Shown here: positions 62,328 to 64,000 of the stretch, one piece after another
Layout of the letters: each line of letters begins with the position of its first letter
How positions within the stretch are numbered: position 1 is the stretch's first letter
IMG/VR virus record: IMGVR_UViG_3300003877_000001
Span: 124,001 to 188,000 of that record
Reading direction: 5' to 3' (one strand)
Length of the DNA: 64,000 nt
Translations under genes and position numbers: made by a program
The notes under the pieces: model-generated
Told to the model about the DNA's origin: nothing
The model's database searches: none
What the model saw: the letters and a program-made list of their open reading frames with translations, nothing else

Positions 62328-64000
62328 ATAAAAATAATATGTTAGGACTATCAATAGATTTATTTCATACAGTTCAAGAAATACTTAATGTAGAATTTGG
62401 TTTTTAAATATATTTGTTTTACCTTTGAATTACACTAAAACAAAAACAATTATGGATGTTTACTTAAAAGATGTGGGAGATTTTATGACAATGGTTCTTA
62501 ACTCCGATACTGCAAAAGAAGTATTAAATTCACAACCACAATCTGTAAGAAGCAAACTATATGCTGGTGGTACTAAGATGAACTTTGCATACGATTACAA
62601 AGCAAAGATCAAAGGATTCCTAAAGAACAAATCACTTTCATTTCAAGAATTTTAAATTAATAAATGAGAAATAATTAGGAATTCTTAATTATTATTTGTA
62701 CCTTTACAATACACTAAAACAAAAACAAGATGGGAAAATTTAAAGTAGTATTAGAATTTCACTATGATAGTGAAGAAGATATTTCAGATTGGAATATTGA
62801 TTGTGAAGTAAAAGCAGTAACAGATGCTGATAAAGCTATTGAAGTTGCACAAGCTGAACTAGAAGCTAACTCACCATACGAATTTTCATTTAATGTTTAT
62901 GATGAAGATGGTGAATTTATAAAAAATTCTTAATAAAAAATATGTACAAGTCCTTTGTTTTTAACATTGGACTTTGTACATTTGTTATACACTAAAACAA
63001 AAACACAATGAAAAAAGTATTATATTATACAGTAGAAAAAGAATTACAAGACATAGACGGTTTTGAAGAAACAACGGGTAATAAAACAATTACTTGTTAT
63101 GATATAATTGATAATAAACCTAAAATCTTTTGTGAAATTGAAACACAAAATACTGAAAATTCAGAGGTTGAAATTCAAGAATATCTTGATAATAATGGGT
63201 ATGAAGATGAAGAATTTGAATTTATAATCCTTTAATTAAAAATATTATGACACGAACATTTGAAAACACATCCTTTGGAGATGTAGAAGTACGTAACGTA
63301 ATGATAGACTTAGATGGTACTAATCTTGAAGAAGGTCTTGAAATTACAGTAGATAACGTTGAGAAACCTATTGAAGTATATGGTTACTATGACGTTGAAG
63401 AAATGACAACAGATGAACTTGAAGATTTACTTGAAGATAATTATTAAATAAAAATATTAGTTGGTTGGATTAAATTCTTATTACCACTAGGTATTTTAAC
63501 GTATTTTATAATAAACAATAACTTTTTACCTTTGTATTAAGTATTTAAAAAAACAAAGAATTATGAAAAAAGTAGTAAAAATCGTAGTAGCATTCATAGT
63601 AATAGCACTAGGTTCATGTACAACTTATGCAAGGGTAGAAACACCTACAACAAATCTTTAATTAAAAATAATAACCATCTGAATTAAAACCTAGCAGAAA
63701 TGTTAGGTTTTTTATTTAAAATGCTAATAGGTTTAGATTAGAATACATTAATAGAATATTAAATGATTAATCTTTAATTAAAAATATTATCTAAAAAAAA
63801 AGGTTACAGAAATGTAATCTTTTTTTTTGTATTGTCAAATATTAGTTTTATCTTTGTTGTGTAGATGTTACTTATAGCCTACATATATTTCACACTAAAC
63901 AAAAACAATATGCGAATATCCTTTAAATTAGGTAATACTCTTCAAGTATTTAGATTAGGTAAAACTTCGAATGGTAAGATTAGTCAAGGTAAAGCTAAAA

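Larger units (their letters stand above)
59060..63870 (+). promoter_or_regulatory. repeated Bacteroidota-type early promoter cassettes
   Basis: TAnnTTTG (mostly TACCTTTG), usually followed by TACAC(A/T)AA..ACAATG, near 59094, 59394, 60282, 60813, 61457, 61848, 62420, 62977, 63527, 63849. Confidence 0.75.

Noticed and set aside
58990-63910. CRISPR array
   Set aside because: Repeats are degenerate promoter units separated by whole genes, not by constant-length spacers; no cas genes
1-64000. Genome-wide TAG or TGA reassignment suggested by the CUA tRNA
   Set aside because: Long conserved genes are intact in code 11, and TAG/TGA end genes at expected positions, often overlapping the next start

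Overview
Very AT-rich segment of a large (jumbo-type) tailed phage genome. The host is probably a Bacteroidota: there are no Shine-Dalgarno motifs, start contexts are A-rich, and TAnnTTTG promoter boxes recur at 58-64 kb. About 1-55 kb is almost all + strand. It carries nucleotide and NAD metabolism genes (intein-containing class II ribonucleotide reductase, Nampt, NadM-Nudix, NrtR, GMP reductase, nucleotidases) and an RNA-repair/translation-support kit (two RNA ligases, PNK/phosphatase, peptide deformylase, Pth2, HD hydrolase, a decayed release factor). It also has about 27 tRNA genes plus several tRNA-like elements, a compact RNase P RNA and many homing endonucleases. About 56-64 kb is an early-type region of small genes, each behind a repeated promoter cassette, next to a G-rich tract. 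Main result: both tRNA arrays sit behind a leader-peptide attenuator (uORF, antiterminator, intrinsic terminator) whose codons match the anticodons of the tRNAs it controls. The first leader is Tyr/Lys-rich and precedes tRNA-Tyr/Lys/Lys/Lys. In the second, 26 of 27 consecutive codons are read by the downstream Thr/Cys/Gly/Leu/Ile/Asn/Phe/Ser/Arg array. Other apparently conditional modules are an NrtR-type operator over the NAD-salvage promoter and an amber-interrupted Pth2 near a CUA suppressor tRNA. There is also a circularly permuted, anticodon-less tRNA. All calls were made by eye without tools, so tRNA and RNA ends are +/- a few nt and family names are motif-based.
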